Origin: the human T2T-CHM13v2.0 reference genome, Homo sapiens
DNA: 64,000 nucleotides
Reading direction: 5' to 3' (one strand)
NCBI RefSeq assembly: GCF_009914755.1
Contig: NC_060925.1
The notes below the pieces were generated by a model. The model had not been told where the DNA came from. It was given only the letters and a program-made list of their open reading frames with translations, and did no database searches. Within the stretch, counting starts at the first letter, position 1; every line of letters starts with the position of its first letter. This document shows positions 40,499 to 55,351 of the stretch, in pieces. Position numbers and translations under genes: made by a program.

Positions 40499-40852
40499 TG
40501 ATATGGGTTGGTTGTGTCCCCACACACATCTCATCTTGAATTCCCATGTGTTGTGGGAGGGACTCAGTGGGAGATAATTGAATCATCGGAGCAGGTCTTT
40601 TCTGTGCTGTTCTTGTGATGGTGAATAAGTCTTATGAGATCTGATGGTTTTATAAAGAGGAGTTCCCCTGCACAAGCTCTCTCTCTTTGCCTGTCACCAT
40701 CCACGTAAGATGTGACTTGCTTCTCCTTACCTTCTGCCATGATTGTGAGGCCTCCCCAGCCATATGGAGCGTAAGTCCATTAATCCTCTTTTTTTGTAAA
40801 TTGTGTAGTCTTGGGTATGCCTTTATCAGCAGTGTGAAAGCGGACTAATACT
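40499..40852 (+). mobile_element. THE1A-like solo LTR
   Basis: tgatatgggttggttgtgtcccc...catccacgtaagatgtgacttgc...ggactaatac; TSD tcaca/ccaca. Confidence 0.9.
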
Positions 40853-41119
40853 CCACAATTACTATTTGGATGATCTGGCCAGGTGATGTATAAGATGGGG
40901 TTTTACTTTTCTAAACCTGTGTATGTTGAAATCCTCTGCCAGGGAAATTAACCAAGTCTTGTCCAGAGGTGGAGCAACATGGTTTTGAATGGTCCAGCAC
41001 TACAGAATAATAATTGGCATAAATAAATACCAAACTCTTTGCATCTTCCCAAATGCTCTAGGAGGTAGGTCCTATCATTTTTCTCATTGTATGGTCTTAA
41101 GTCTTGGTCACATCAAGTC

Positions 41120-41269
41120 AGGGGCCCACCCTCCCCCAGTATGACCTCATCCTAACTTAACTAATTACATCTGAAATGACCCTATTTCTGAATAAGGTCA
41201 CATTCTGAGTTACTGAAGGTTAGAGCTACAACATATAAATTCTGGGGGTATCCACCTCAACCCATAACA
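41120..41269 (-). mobile_element. Partial MLT1C-like LTR, probably a duplicate of the end of the 39.0-39.5 kb copy
   Basis: cagtatgacctcatcctaact...aataaggtcacattctgag...caacccataaca followed by the same flank tagaccatcagagac. Confidence 0.8.
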
Positions 41270-41862
41270 AGGCCCATGAATAGACCATCAGAGACCATGC
41301 AGAGCCATGAAGAAACTACAGCTGCAAAGAAGCAGCCAGACTGCTGGACTCCAGAGCAAGGAGCTATATAGAGGAAAAAAAGAAAAAAGAGAACTTGAGA
41401 AAAGGGAGAAAACTTGAGAAAGGGAGCTCATATACACTTTTCTTTCATGGTGACAGTGATAGAGAAGGAGAAAGAGGGGAGAAACAGAGTTCCACTCCTT
41501 TCCATGGTCAGTATCTTTTAGTTGTTCCTTTTCTCATAGCTTCTAGCCCATTCCTCTGTTTCTGAAATTACAGTTCCATAAGATATTTTGCTTTTATTCC
41601 ATAATTCCAAACTACCTGACAAGGAGATTCTCAGCCCATAGTAATTGAGGGAATTAGATGCTCTTAAACAGTGGCTGATGTAATAAATATGACAGGCCCA
41701 ATGTGATGGTCAATGCATGTCTAATGCACTCATTTGCTGAGAATTGCTTGAAATTAGTGGACTTCACAGCAATTAGCATTGTCTATATACACATACACAC
41801 AAACACCATGGCCAAACATCACAGTAAAGAGATGGCCTCCTAGAGGAAAAAAACAGCAGACC

Positions 41863-43691
<1,829 letters not shown>

Positions 43692-44343
43692 TGTATTAGC
43701 CTGGATTCTCCAGAAAAACAGAACCAATAGGGTGTAGATGTATAGATAGATCTAGATACAGATATATCTTTCAGTTCTGTTTCTCTAAAAAATCCAGACC
43801 AATACAGACATGTCTATAGACATAGACATACACATCATATATAATCCAAATATGTCTATAGATATAGATAGGTATCTAAATCTATCTATATATAAACATA
43901 TATATAGAACGATTATAACAAACTGACTCACATGATTATGCAGGCTGAGAAGTCCCAAGATCTGCAGCTGACAAGCTGAAGACCCAAGAGAGTCAATGGT
44001 ATTTCTAGCCCAAGTTAGAAGGCCTGACAACTAGGAAAACCAGTAATGTAAGTCTTCATCTGAGTCTGAATCCGAAAGCAGGAAAAGAGCAATGTTCCAG
44101 CTTGAAGAGAGTCAGGCATAGAGAAAGAATTCTGTCTTACTCAGCCTTTTTGTTCTATCCAGGTCTTCCATGGATTGGATGAGGCCCATCCACATTGGGA
44201 AGGCAATCTGCTTTGCTGAACCTACTGATTCAAATGCTAATCTCATCCAGAAACAGCCTCACAACACACTCAGAATAATTTTTGACCAAATATCTGAGCA
44301 CTCCATGGCCCTGCCAAGTCAACACATAAACTTAACCGTTACA
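43692..44343 (-). mobile_element. MLT2B-like ERV-L LTR with an internal (TA/TAGA) tract
   Basis: tgtattag...ttctccagaaaaacagaaccaatagg, gattggatgaggcccatccacattggga and gattcaaatgctaatctcatccagaaaca. Confidence 0.85.
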
Positions 44344-44754
44344 GAACCCAAGGAGAATAACACAGCTCTCCAACAGAATGGTTTCTGCCTCTCCACCCTA
44401 TTCCCTACTGATTCTCTTCCTCAGGACCCTTGCTAAGTGTTCTCTTGACCAGATGAAATGGTAAAGGGTAGGAAGAGCAGGGAAGAATACAGACAGGATG
44501 GATGGAACAAGAAGAATTTCTGAATGAGTTTGGGGCCAACCCCCTTTTGAGGTAAAACTTGATTTTGGTAATCTGCCAAATTATAAAGGGGAATTTTAAG
44601 TAATCTCCTGTGTTTGGCCTAGACTTGTAGTATATTAAGGCATTAAATTGGATTAAAATTATATATTTAGAATTTTCAAGGAGGTAAGCAGTATCAAGAA
44701 GAGACTTTTTTAAAAGAAAGGCTTAATAAGCTCCCGCAACGTTCCTGGCCCTCA

Positions 44755-44890
44755 TCTGATGCCCCAACAGCCCTTTGAGATAGACACTACTATCCCCACA
44801 TTACAGAAGTAGAAACTAAGGTAAAGGCATGTTCCTGCCACAATGGTGAAACAAGGACTGACCCAGGTAGTTGTCATTCCTGGCCTGCCG
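44755..44890 (-). mobile_element. MIR fragment
   Basis: caacagccctttgagatagacactactatccccacattacagaagtagaaactaagg. Confidence 0.7.
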
Positions 44891-46983
44891 TTCTTCACCA
44901 CCTCACAGAACCTGCCGTCAACTGGCAATGACTCCCCACTCCTTTCTCCACATGTGCACAGCTCTAGAGAACATGTTTCTCTCATCAGGATAAAAAATGA
45001 ATGAGGGTTTTTAGCACCCGAGCTCTTGAATCAATTAAGGATTTTAATCAGAGATGAGAATTATAAGAAGCTGCCAGTAGACTCATTCCTGGGCAAATCC
45101 CCCTGCCCATGCCTCATCACTTCTAATAAGACCATCATAGCACTTTTAACCCTGCACTCCACAGTTAGTGAGGCATTCCTGATTACTCACATCTGTGAGA
45201 GAAATCGCCTTATTAGGCCCCGAGCTGATGCTCTTCTATAACTCCTTATATGATTTTACAAATTCTCCAGGACAGGGTATGTCAAGATGAGAGAAAACAG
45301 GGAAGCATATTCCATCCTGTGCAGAAGCCATGTAGAAGGCATCATGTTAATACAACTGTAATGAAGCCAGGGGCTATCAGTCATAATTAATAGAGCTGAA
45401 TGAAAGAGAGGTGGAATATTTTTCAATTTATCTACCGACAAGGAAGGAATCACAGCACATTCCCCCTCCCTGGGGAAATAACTGCAGAAAATAGGGTTGT
45501 TTTATGTGGTCAGACTTTACATACATTTTCCCTGTTACAGTCAATTCCCATTTCAAGAATAAGTAGACAGATGTGTAGAGCTTGTTTCATAGAAATAGAC
45601 CCCAGTATTTTGTTAAGTAACACTGACTAACTGATGAATTATTCCAAATAGTAACCATCTACACTTGACAGGACTGTCTCTCTAGGACACCAAGGGACGC
45701 ATACTGACACCTGCATTCTTCATCAATATATTTAATTGCTCAATTCTGCTTTGCATAAAGGGGATTCTTCTCTTCTGCACCAGTGTGTGGTTGAGAAAGC
45801 TGTCTGGGAGAAAAAAAAAAAAAAAAGAGGCACTCAGGTTTGAATATGTAACTGAGCTCTCCACAACAAACAGCACAATATAATGAGACCCAAGAGAGCC
45901 TCCTAGTGCTGTTCCATCCAGGCCCCAATTCCTCAATAATAAATTTCCTTCCCCAAAAAATAGTATTGAACTCTGCAAAACTGTTAATTGCAGCTTGGAA
46001 TAGGTAAATCTAAGCTTCCACTTTCCAGAGAGCCTTAATATTGGATATTAAACCATAAGAATATGAACATAGCCTGAACACTGCTGGCTACGCACACAGA
46101 ACACTGTACATAGTAACCTGATGGAGCTTTATGCGGAAATTGTAACTAATTTACACCGCACTGGGTACACATCTTGTTCTCGTTTCATTCCATGCCATCT
46201 GCTCCTTTGTCACCACCACCCGTGGCAGGACATCTCCTCAGCTGCTGCCACTGAGCTGGAATTGTGCCCTCCCCCTGTGATCTGCTATCAACAAGCATTT
46301 GGCACTCATCCCTGAATCAGATGGGACTCATTTAATCCAAAGGGGCTTGCTGTGTAGTAACACCTTGGCAGGCTCTGCACTGCTGGGGAGAAGCAGACTT
46401 GGGAGATTCTTTCACAGCCTCATCAGATCAAAAACATCGTGAAAACCTAGGAAACGGTTGCCCCTCAAAATGTATAAGCCAGCAGTAAAATGAAAACACA
46501 TCATAGCACTCCCTGACTTCCACCTCCTGTGAGTGCTTTCTTTTGTTGATCTGCACCACACAATGTATTCATTCATTCATTCAATAAACATGTTCGGACA
46601 CCTCTTCTGGGTTCAAACTCTTAATCTTCACCTTTGACAAGGAGCAGAGAACGAGAAGAGCTCTTTGGACTAGTTCTCACACTCACAAAAGGATTAAAAT
46701 TTAGACTGGTGAAGTTAACTCCAAATGAAGTTATACATCAGTCCCAGAGGTACACTGAATGATTAAAAGAAGAAACTTATCACCCAGACTTACACTTATA
46801 TGCAATCACCAGAACGCACCACCTCTAACATGCTATGAATTATAATTAAGCTCTGAACAGAAAAACTATCTTGTGTCTTCATGCTTTACAGCATTAATTT
46901 TTTCAATGTACACCTCTAAAATGTACTACAAAAAGTTCAGACATTTGTGTTTTAATACACTGAAAGCCTTTAAAAATGTAAGT

Positions 46984-47134
46984 GGCCAGGCAGGGTGCCT
47001 CGCACCTGTCCCAGCTACTGGGAGGTGGGGATGCTGAGGCAGGAGGGTAACTAGAGGCCAGGACTCCAGACCAGCCTGGGCAACATAGCAAGACCTCATC
47101 TCTTAAAAAAATAATAAATTAAATAAAAATAAAT
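46984..47134 (+). mobile_element. Alu monomer (FLAM-like)
   Basis: Single monomer ending gaccagcctgggcaacatagcaagacctcatctc plus an A-rich tail; TSD aaaatgtaagt/aaaatggaagt. Confidence 0.85.
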
Positions 47135-48111
47135 AAAATGGAAGTGAATTGGACCCTCTCAATCCCTACAGAAAAGGAAAGAAGAGAAGGGGCTAGACAA
47201 GTGAATAGCAATCCATAATACAATCTGTCCACTCAATGCTCTGTATCTTTCTAGAGGCTTTTCTGTTGAGCTAGGGCACCCACTAATGCACTTTCTCCCT
47301 TACCTTAATATTCTCCCTTTCCCTGTGTCAAAATATCTTCTGGGGGCTTCTAATGAGAGAGCACACTGAACTAATTTTTTAAAAAAGAATCCTCTCTCAA
47401 AATCATGTTAAATGCTCAATAAAATATAACAAATACTTAAATTCAAGGTTAACTTTGAAAGAAAGTAATTCTGGGAATAAAGAGGGAATCAAAGTCAGAT
47501 AGTCAACGGGAGCTGTACTTTCAGGCCTTTTGTCTGTGCTAAACACTTGGATGAGCATCTCTATGTATAAAACCTTTTTTCAATTTTGTCTGCCTCATCT
47601 CCACCCTCAGCTTCCAGGATATATTCGTAGAAGTAATGTTCTTTGTATACATGCTTTGTATCTGTGCATCTTCATAGGCTCTGCTTATGGGCACTTATTT
47701 TCTCTACTGTTAGTAAATTTCAATATGTGGATTGCCAAAACAAACCACGCTGTACCACAGCAAAACTGCTTTTTGTAGGTAAATGACCAAGCACTAATAT
47801 GGCCTTTCCACCAGCTACTGATATCAACAGCAAAGAGCTCACAGCTCTGGGATCCTCTGGCCCGGCAGATATCTCAGTCCAGGCAGACTGCATTGACCAG
47901 GTCTCAGTGACAAAGGCAGATGATGATGGGGAGCCCATCCACTCACTTGTATTCTTGATATTCTTGGCTGAACTCATTGTTGGTCCAGTAAGAGTCTTCT
48001 TAAACTGAATCTAACTCATTCTTATTTCCAGTCTTACCATCCTTTGTGATCTGACCATGCTCATCAATCACCACCACTTCCCACCAACAGTTATTCTTCA
48101 ACTCATACCCT

Positions 48112-48636
48112 AAGTGGCAAAGTTCTCCATCGACCCATTATCCATTTCCCCATCTTCCTCACTAACAGAACCTCAGTCTTGGAACAGCAGTGGACACATC
48201 CTTGGATTGCAGTTGGTTTAAGCCAAACACAGCCACCCCATTCCTCAGTTTCTGAGCCTTCTAATGGGTGACCACAGGCTCCAGTTCTAGCCACTTTGAT
48301 GCAAACAGGATGCAGTTTTGGAAAAACTTTGGGTGTTCTTGATGGAATAGATAGATACAGCTGACAGTTTCTTCTCTTTTCTCCCCTCATGAACATGGAT
48401 GTGATGCCTGAAGCTATAACAGACAGCTTCAACCAACAGAAGAAAAACCAAAGTTAAGGCAGAAAGGACACATACAAAGAGACTGGATCTTTAACAATGT
48501 GGCTGAACTGCTGTTTCCACCCTAAATTGCCAAACTCTAGACTTATTATTTAAGATTATTAAATGTCCTTATTTTTAAGCCACTGTTTTTTGAGTATTCT
48601 GGTCAAAACAGCTGAAAGCATTTCCAACTGATAACA
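48112..48636 (+). mobile_element. Old MLT1 (J/K-like) LTR
   Basis: ccccatcttcctcactaacagaacc start motif and tttaagccactg...cagctgaaagcatttccaactgata end. Confidence 0.65.
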
Positions 48637-48729
48637 CCCTTTTAGTTCCTGTATTGCACTGAGAACCACCATGTATGATTCATGGCACCTCCAATATGAT
48701 GAGTGCCCTGATAGCAACTATCCCAATAT

Positions 48730-48880
48730 GCAACCTCCTGTTTGTTTCATTATATATTATCCATTTCCTTTCTAGAGTGTAAGCTCTATGGGATCTGACT
48801 TATTTATTATTGTATTCCCAACATCTAGAAAATTGTCTAATACACAGTAGGCATTCAATAAATAACTATTACTGAATGAG
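48730..48880 (+). mobile_element. L2 3' end
   Basis: ctagagtgtaagctctatg...tgtattccca...cacagtaggcattcaataaata. Confidence 0.75.
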
Positions 48881-49274
48881 ATCAACTGGAAGGAGCACAT
48901 TGGTACTTGAGCTTAGGGAGGCAGAGGGGAATTAGTGGTGGGTTTGATTGTAATTGAAAGGCCAGCTCTGTGAACACAACATAAGAGAAGTCAATTATGA
49001 GAAGTCAGGATTGGCAGGAAACAGTTGAGTTGGGTAATACCAATCTGGCTGTCCAGAGAGCAGAAGGAATCCCCTTTCCCAGACAACAGGGACTCTGAGG
49101 AAATCTGGATATCCAACTGACACACTGATCCTTTCTCAAGGTTGGAAGCAGACCAGGATGTCAAACACTCACTGTTGTCATTGTAACCTTGTAGTTCTGA
49201 TCTTCCCTTGCCAGTGATACCTGCTGTGTTGGGCTCTTTTGTGGCTCTGTGAACTCATTCTGTGCCTGGAGCTC

Positions 49275-49733
49275 TGAAGTATGTTTAACAGTGTGCTCCC
49301 AAAATTCATGTTCACCCAGAACCTCAGAATGTAACCTTATGTGGAAATAGGGTCTTTACAGATATAATTAAGATAAGGACCAAAATGAGATTATATTCGA
49401 TTAGGGTGGGCCCTAAATCCAATGACAAATGTCATTATTATAAGACACAAAAAATTATAATACTTAGACACGGAGGAGAAGATAGCACAAAGGTGGACAC
49501 AGACTGGAGTGATGCAGCAATAAGCCAAGAAATACCGGAGATTGTAGGAAGCCACTCGAGCTAGGAAAAGGGAAGGGGGGAATCTTCCTTTGAGACTGTG
49601 GAGGGAACATGGCCCTGCTGATACCATGATCTCGAACTTCTGGCTTCCAGAACTGTGAGAGAATAAATTGCTGCTGTGTTAAGCTAGCAAGTTTGTGGTA
49701 ATTTGTTAAGGCAGCACTTAGGAAATTAATACA
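49275..49733 (+). mobile_element. MLT1C-like solo LTR
   Basis: gaacctcagaatgtaacctta...ccagaactgtgagagaataaatt...ggaaattaataca; TSD agctc/ggctc. Confidence 0.85.
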
Positions 49734-50070
49734 GGCTCCCAGGGATTCCATTCTGTTCATCTGTTTGTGTGCTGTTTTTAGAAGTACAGCTGGTTTCTCC
49801 CTCTCTGGCAGGGTTAAGTACTCCTCCAGCAGCACTGCTAAGGATGAAAGTAGCATGGGTCTCTTCTCTCCTGAGAAGGGCTTATTCCTTTTCGGACTTT
49901 AGTTCAATTAGATTTCTTTGCATCTTCAACTCTCTGATGCATTTTTTTTTCAAGGATTATTTTGAAATGAATCCAGCATTTTTGTTGTTGTTAGGATGAG
50001 AGCAACATTCTTTTGTAAATTTCTAAAGCCTAACCACAAACTTGTAAGAAACTTTTTAATTTGTCCTGTC

Positions 50071-51795
50071 AACTTCAACAAATTTACAAGAAAAAAACAA
50101 ACAACCCTATTAGAAAGTGGGCAAAGGACATGAACAGACACTTTTCTTTTTTCTTTTTTTTTTTTGAATTTATTATTATTATACTTTAAGTTTTAGGGTA
50201 CATGTGTACAATGTGCAGGTTAGTTACATATGTATACATGTGCCATGCTGGTGCACTGCACCCACCAACTCGTCATCTAGCATTAGGTATATCTCCCAGT
50301 GCTATCCCTCCCCACTCCCCCCACCCCACAACAGTCCCTAGAGTGTGATGTTCCCCTTCCTGTGTCCATGTGTTCTCATTGTTCAATTCCCACCTATGAG
50401 TGAGAATATGTGGTGTTTGGTTTTTTGTTCTTGCGATAGTTTACTGAGAATGATGATTTCCAGTTTCATCCATGTCCCTACAAAGGACGTGAACTCATCA
50501 TTTTTTATGGCTGCATAGTATTCCATGGTGTATATGTGACACATTTTCTTAATCCAGTCTATCATTGTTGGACGCTTGGGTGGATTCCAAGTCTTTGCTA
50601 TTGTGAATAATGCCGCAATAAACATACATGTGCATGTGTCTTTATAGCAGCATGATTTATAGTCCTTTGGGTATATACCCAGTAATGGGATGGCTGGGTC
50701 AAATGGTATTTCTAGTTCTAGATCCCTGAGGAATTGCCACACTGACTTCCACAATGGTTGAACTAGTTTACAGTCCCAGCAACAGTGTAAAAGTGTTCCT
50801 ATTTCTCCACATCCTCTCCAGCACCTGTTGTTTCCTGACTTTTTAATGATTGCCATTCTAACTGGTGTCAGATGGTATCTCATTGTGGTTTTGATTTGCA
50901 TTTCTCTGATGGCCAGTGATGCTGAGCATTTCTTCATGTGTTTTTTGGCTGCATAAATGTCTTCTTTTGAGAGGTGTCGAACAGACACTTTTCTAAAGAA
51001 GACATACATGCAGCCAACAAGCATACGAAAAGAAGCTCAACATCAATGATCATTAGAGAAACGCAAATCAAAACCCACAATGAAATGCCATCTCACACCA
51101 GTCAGAATGGCTAATATTAAAAAATAAAAAAATAACAGATGCTGGTGAAGTTGTGGAGAAAAGGGAACACCTATACACTGTTAGTGGGAGTGTAAATTAG
51201 TTCAACCATTGTAGAAGACAGTGTGGCCATTCCTCAAAGATCTACAGACAGAAATAACATTCAACCCAGAAATCCCATTACTAGGTACATACCCAGAGGA
51301 ATATAAATTGTTATATTATAAAGGCACATGTATGCAATGAACTTCCAGCACTATTCAAAATAGCAAACACATGGAATCAACCTAAATGCCCATCAATGAC
51401 AGATTGGATAAAGAAAATGTGGTACATATACACCATGGAATACTGTGCAGCCATAAAAAGGAATAAGATAATGTCTTTTGTGGGAACATAGATGGAGCTA
51501 GAAGCCATTATCCTTATAAACTAAAGCAGGAACAGAAAATCAAATACCTCGTGTTCTCACTTATAAGTGAGAGCTAAATGAAGAGAACTCAAGGACACAA
51601 AGAAAGCAACTGGAGCCTACTTGAAGACAGAGGGTGGGAGAAGTGGGAGGAGGAGAAACAATAATTACTGGATACTAAGCTTAGTACGTGGGTGACAAAA
51701 TAATCTGTACAACAAACCCCCATAACATGAGGTTACCTATATAACAAACCTGCACATGTATCCTCAAACCTAAAATAAAAAATAAAAATAAAAAT
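50071..51795 (+). mobile_element. Older primate L1 (L1PA13-16-like) 3' end, host of a nested younger L1
   Basis: ORF2 C-terminal sequence and a 3' UTR ending ataatctgtacaacaaacccc...aacctaaaataaaa. Confidence 0.9.
50148..50978 (-). mobile_element. Young 5'-truncated L1 (L1PA2/3-like)
   Basis: Poly(T) tail; open ORF2 C-terminus (ORF 50383-51024, ...[19 protein letters not shown]...FSLIGGN); GAG-type 3'-UTR diagnostic; perfect 16-bp TSD gaacagacacttttct at 50132-50147 and 50979-50994. Confidence 0.95.
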
Positions 51796-52094
51796 AACCT
51801 GTCCACATTTTAATAAAAGCTATTACATAATGAGTTTATACCTACTTTTTTGTTCTTTCCCTTTTTTGTAATACTTTAATAAAAATAATCTGAATCAGCA
51901 CTGGTCTTTTAGAGAAATTTTTCTTTCAGAGGCAGTGGTTTAGCTCATTCAATTAATTATGAATTTACCTAGTTTTATGCACTCGAGCCCACAATTCCCA
52001 TCTCTACATTCCTAGAGGATGCAATGGAAGATCTCATCACATTTATTGCTAAAATTCTGATTGATTATATCTATAGAATTCCTTTCTTAAAAAA

Positions 52095-52170
52095 TATTTT
52101 ATTTCCATAGGTTTTTGGGGAGCAGGTGGTATTTGGTTATAAGAGTAAGTTCTTTAGTGGTGATTTGTGA
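52095..52170 (-). mobile_element. L1PB 3' terminal fragment followed by a (TAGRTA)-like low-complexity tract
   Basis: atttccataggtttttggggagcaggtggtatttggtta...gttctttagtggtgatttgtga. Confidence 0.75.
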
Positions 52171-55100
52171 ACAAATACATACTATTAGATGGAGATACAT
52201 GTGGCATAGACATAGCCATAGGTATAGATACAGGTATAGGTATATGTACAGGCTCAAGTATAGGTGCATAGATAACGGATAACACTAGTCAGCCTTGACT
52301 TGCTCATAAGTGAATCCATGCTGGCTTCTGATGATCATCCCTTTCCTTTCTTGGTATTAGTGGCAAGAAACCCACACAAGTCAATGTCAACTTATGGATT
52401 TCTAGTTTGTGAATCTTCCATCTTTAAATTCCATTTTCCTCTATTGAATCTGGCACTGTATTGTCCTACATCTATTCTCCTAGCACCTCTCTTGTCAAAG
52501 TGTGAATTATATGTCCCACAAGCCCTCTCTCATCCCAGAAAAACAATTATAAAGTTAATGCTGGGCAACAAAATGCTATTTTTTATTTTAGATGATTCTC
52601 AAGAATAAATGAGATTATTAGAAAAAGATTATCCTAGTACACTAGCCACAGAACCCATCTCCACTCAGCAGCAAATAAAATCACAGCATAGTTCTAAGAT
52701 ATTTAATTACCCTATAGATAATGCTATGATAGTCTGACAAATAACATTTAATGCTATGTAAAGTGTTTGAAAACTTCCAAAGAGAAAGTTCTTCCTCCTC
52801 CCCAGTTCCAGGCCTATACAAATAATTTAGGAAAGACTTCTTCCTATGAAAAACAGATTTTCTAAAGTCTAAGTGTCTAAACTTTCTAAAAATAAATATG
52901 TAAATAAATGTGTGTCCCCTAATTCCTATGATGTGAATGCTTTCTGTACTGGACCAGATCTCATTCCCCATCATAGTGGAGATTTCTGGAGAAATATGTC
53001 TCCAATCCCTTTAGGACTTAAGAAACTGATTTTGAGTGTTAAAATTGTTACTGTTAGAAATGGAAAAAATTATAAGTGGTCCTTTTCATGGAGTAAGGAA
53101 AATGTAAGATATCTTCTCATTAGGAATTAAGCTTCTTTTTCCAATTGCCCTCTAGGAAGTTCTGTCAACAAACTTGAAATACACACTGCTTTGCAGATGG
53201 CGTCACACTTGAGGTTTGTTCCTCATGCTCATTATTAAATGTAGTGAAACATTCCTTTGACTCTACATCAGACACTAACTGAGGATACAAGGCCTGGGAG
53301 AATATAAATATTTGCACATAAAAAAGAATTATGACTTGATTTGCTGCTCTTTCACCCAGATGTTTGCATTGCTGGTATTTTTTATCACTCTACTGCAGAA
53401 TGATCTTCAAAATGATAAAAGCTCCCAAAATGCCTTATCTTCTTTTTCCCATAATGATTTTTAAAAAAACACTCGGGGCTGATGAAATATCAAGACATAT
53501 GTCTTTTTAACTAGCTAAACCCAAGGAGATTTTGATATCCCGTATCCAACAGTATAATCTCCCCTCCCAAGAAGGTAGAGCCAGGCCAGGCGGGCCCATG
53601 GCCAAGCAGGTCAAGGTTGGGCTTTGGTCTGAGTAGACAGATTAATGTCCTAAAAAGAAGGAAGTGGAAAAAAACAGTGAGGTAGTGCAAATGACATCCA
53701 AATAAAATGCTAGTGGTCAGCACTAGTGAAGCAAAATCCATGGTCAAGACTAAAGACAAACTCAGGAAGTCATAAGCCAGGGACACAGGAGGATGGAGCT
53801 GGAGAGGGGGAACACAGGCAGGAAGGGAGCAATCTATCCCAGAACATCTACTGTGAGTGATGTTCTCAGGAGCTGGTCTCACATTATGAGGTGGGTTATA
53901 TAGACGGGTTTGCAGATGTAAACTTAGGACACACCCTGAGGTTTGCTAGAATAGGAAAGGCCCCAATATTTGCACACTAGAATCAGAAGACTAGGCAAGA
54001 GAAGTTCTCATATTTTTTTCCAACTGAAGATTCTAAAAGATGTTTCATTGACAACACAGGATTCACTGGAATTGAGGGAAATCTCTACCTTTCTCTTTCA
54101 AATGGCAAGGATTTATGTTTAAAAACAAAACAAAAACATTGTTTTCTGGGTTTGTGACCCACCTCCACCCCCAACCTCCATTAGGCACCTTCCTTCTGAC
54201 AACAGCCTCCTCAATTCTAGTTCTAAATCCTGAGATGCCCCACTCAATGTGCCCCATAACTGGCCTTTTATCTTGAAGTTTCTAGAACCAGAGCTCAGAT
54301 TTACCCTTGGAAGTTTTCTTTCCTGGGGACAAAATCCCTAACCCTGAGCCCCATAGGGTGTCTGGAGCTTCAGACCTGTAAATTGATCTCCCAGGCACCA
54401 AACTCACCTGGCTCAGATTTTGTGAGATAATCACCACAAAGACCCATTAAATTCTCTGATCACTTAAGTGGACAAGCACCTGCCTTGGGTCCTTGGTCTA
54501 TCATGGCTACAGCCCTTAGACACCAGTAGCTGGAGCCATTGCTTTGCTCTCAGCCAGACACTCCAACCTGCAACCTATCCCTACCACTTGGACTCAATGG
54601 CACAACTACAAGACCAGTCAGTGATTCATCCTTCCCTCAAGAGAAAAGCAGCAAGCCAAATAAACCATATTGCATTTGTTCCCAAATGTAGACATCAGCA
54701 GTTGCCTTTATCCAAACTTTGCATGTGAGATTCTATGAGGCAATTATGCAGGAACAAAGATCAAGGCTTGAAGAATAATAGAGATGGGATCAATGATAGC
54801 ATTGGTATATTCCTCCAACTATTTGACACTATTGATTATAAGAATGTCCCTATATTTCAGAGATGTTAAAATATGGAGATTTGTCATGTTTTGCAGGCTA
54901 GTACACAACTTCTATTGTGACCTTCTAGAATTCATTCCACTTCTTTTTCTAAGTCCAGGCACTGCTACTTACCAAGCCAGTTCCTGTTCCCTTTACCTGA
55001 CCCTCTGGATCTTTATAAAGGCCTTAGGACTCTGATCTCATTTGCCTCTCAGTCTCAAATCCCCACATAAAGGGGACCTATCTTGCAAATGGAGAACACT

Positions 55101-55351
55101 GTTGTTCATCTCTTCCTCTCCTAGCCCTAGATCAACTGCTTTCTTTTCCTTTAAGGTAGTCATCCCACCACCTTGGGACATCCCACCACAAACTTTTGAC
55201 AGTTTCCTCAAGATCCCATCCAGAGCCCTGGGAATTTGGTTACCCACATCTGGACAGTTGTTAAGCCTCAACATTACGGATTCCTTTCAAGATTTAACGC
55301 ATACAACCATGCTTCTCCTTGAACTGCCCTTCTCTTTATTCTGAAGAGACA

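Noticed and set aside
50383-51024. 213-aa ORF, the longest in the window
   Set aside because: It is the C-terminus of L1 ORF2 in a truncated insertion. Its start is read from antisense host-L1 sequence, so it is not a gene.
53190-53207. CTCF-like GCAGATGGCG core
   Set aside because: The 5' part of the motif mismatches, and such partial hits are expected by chance.
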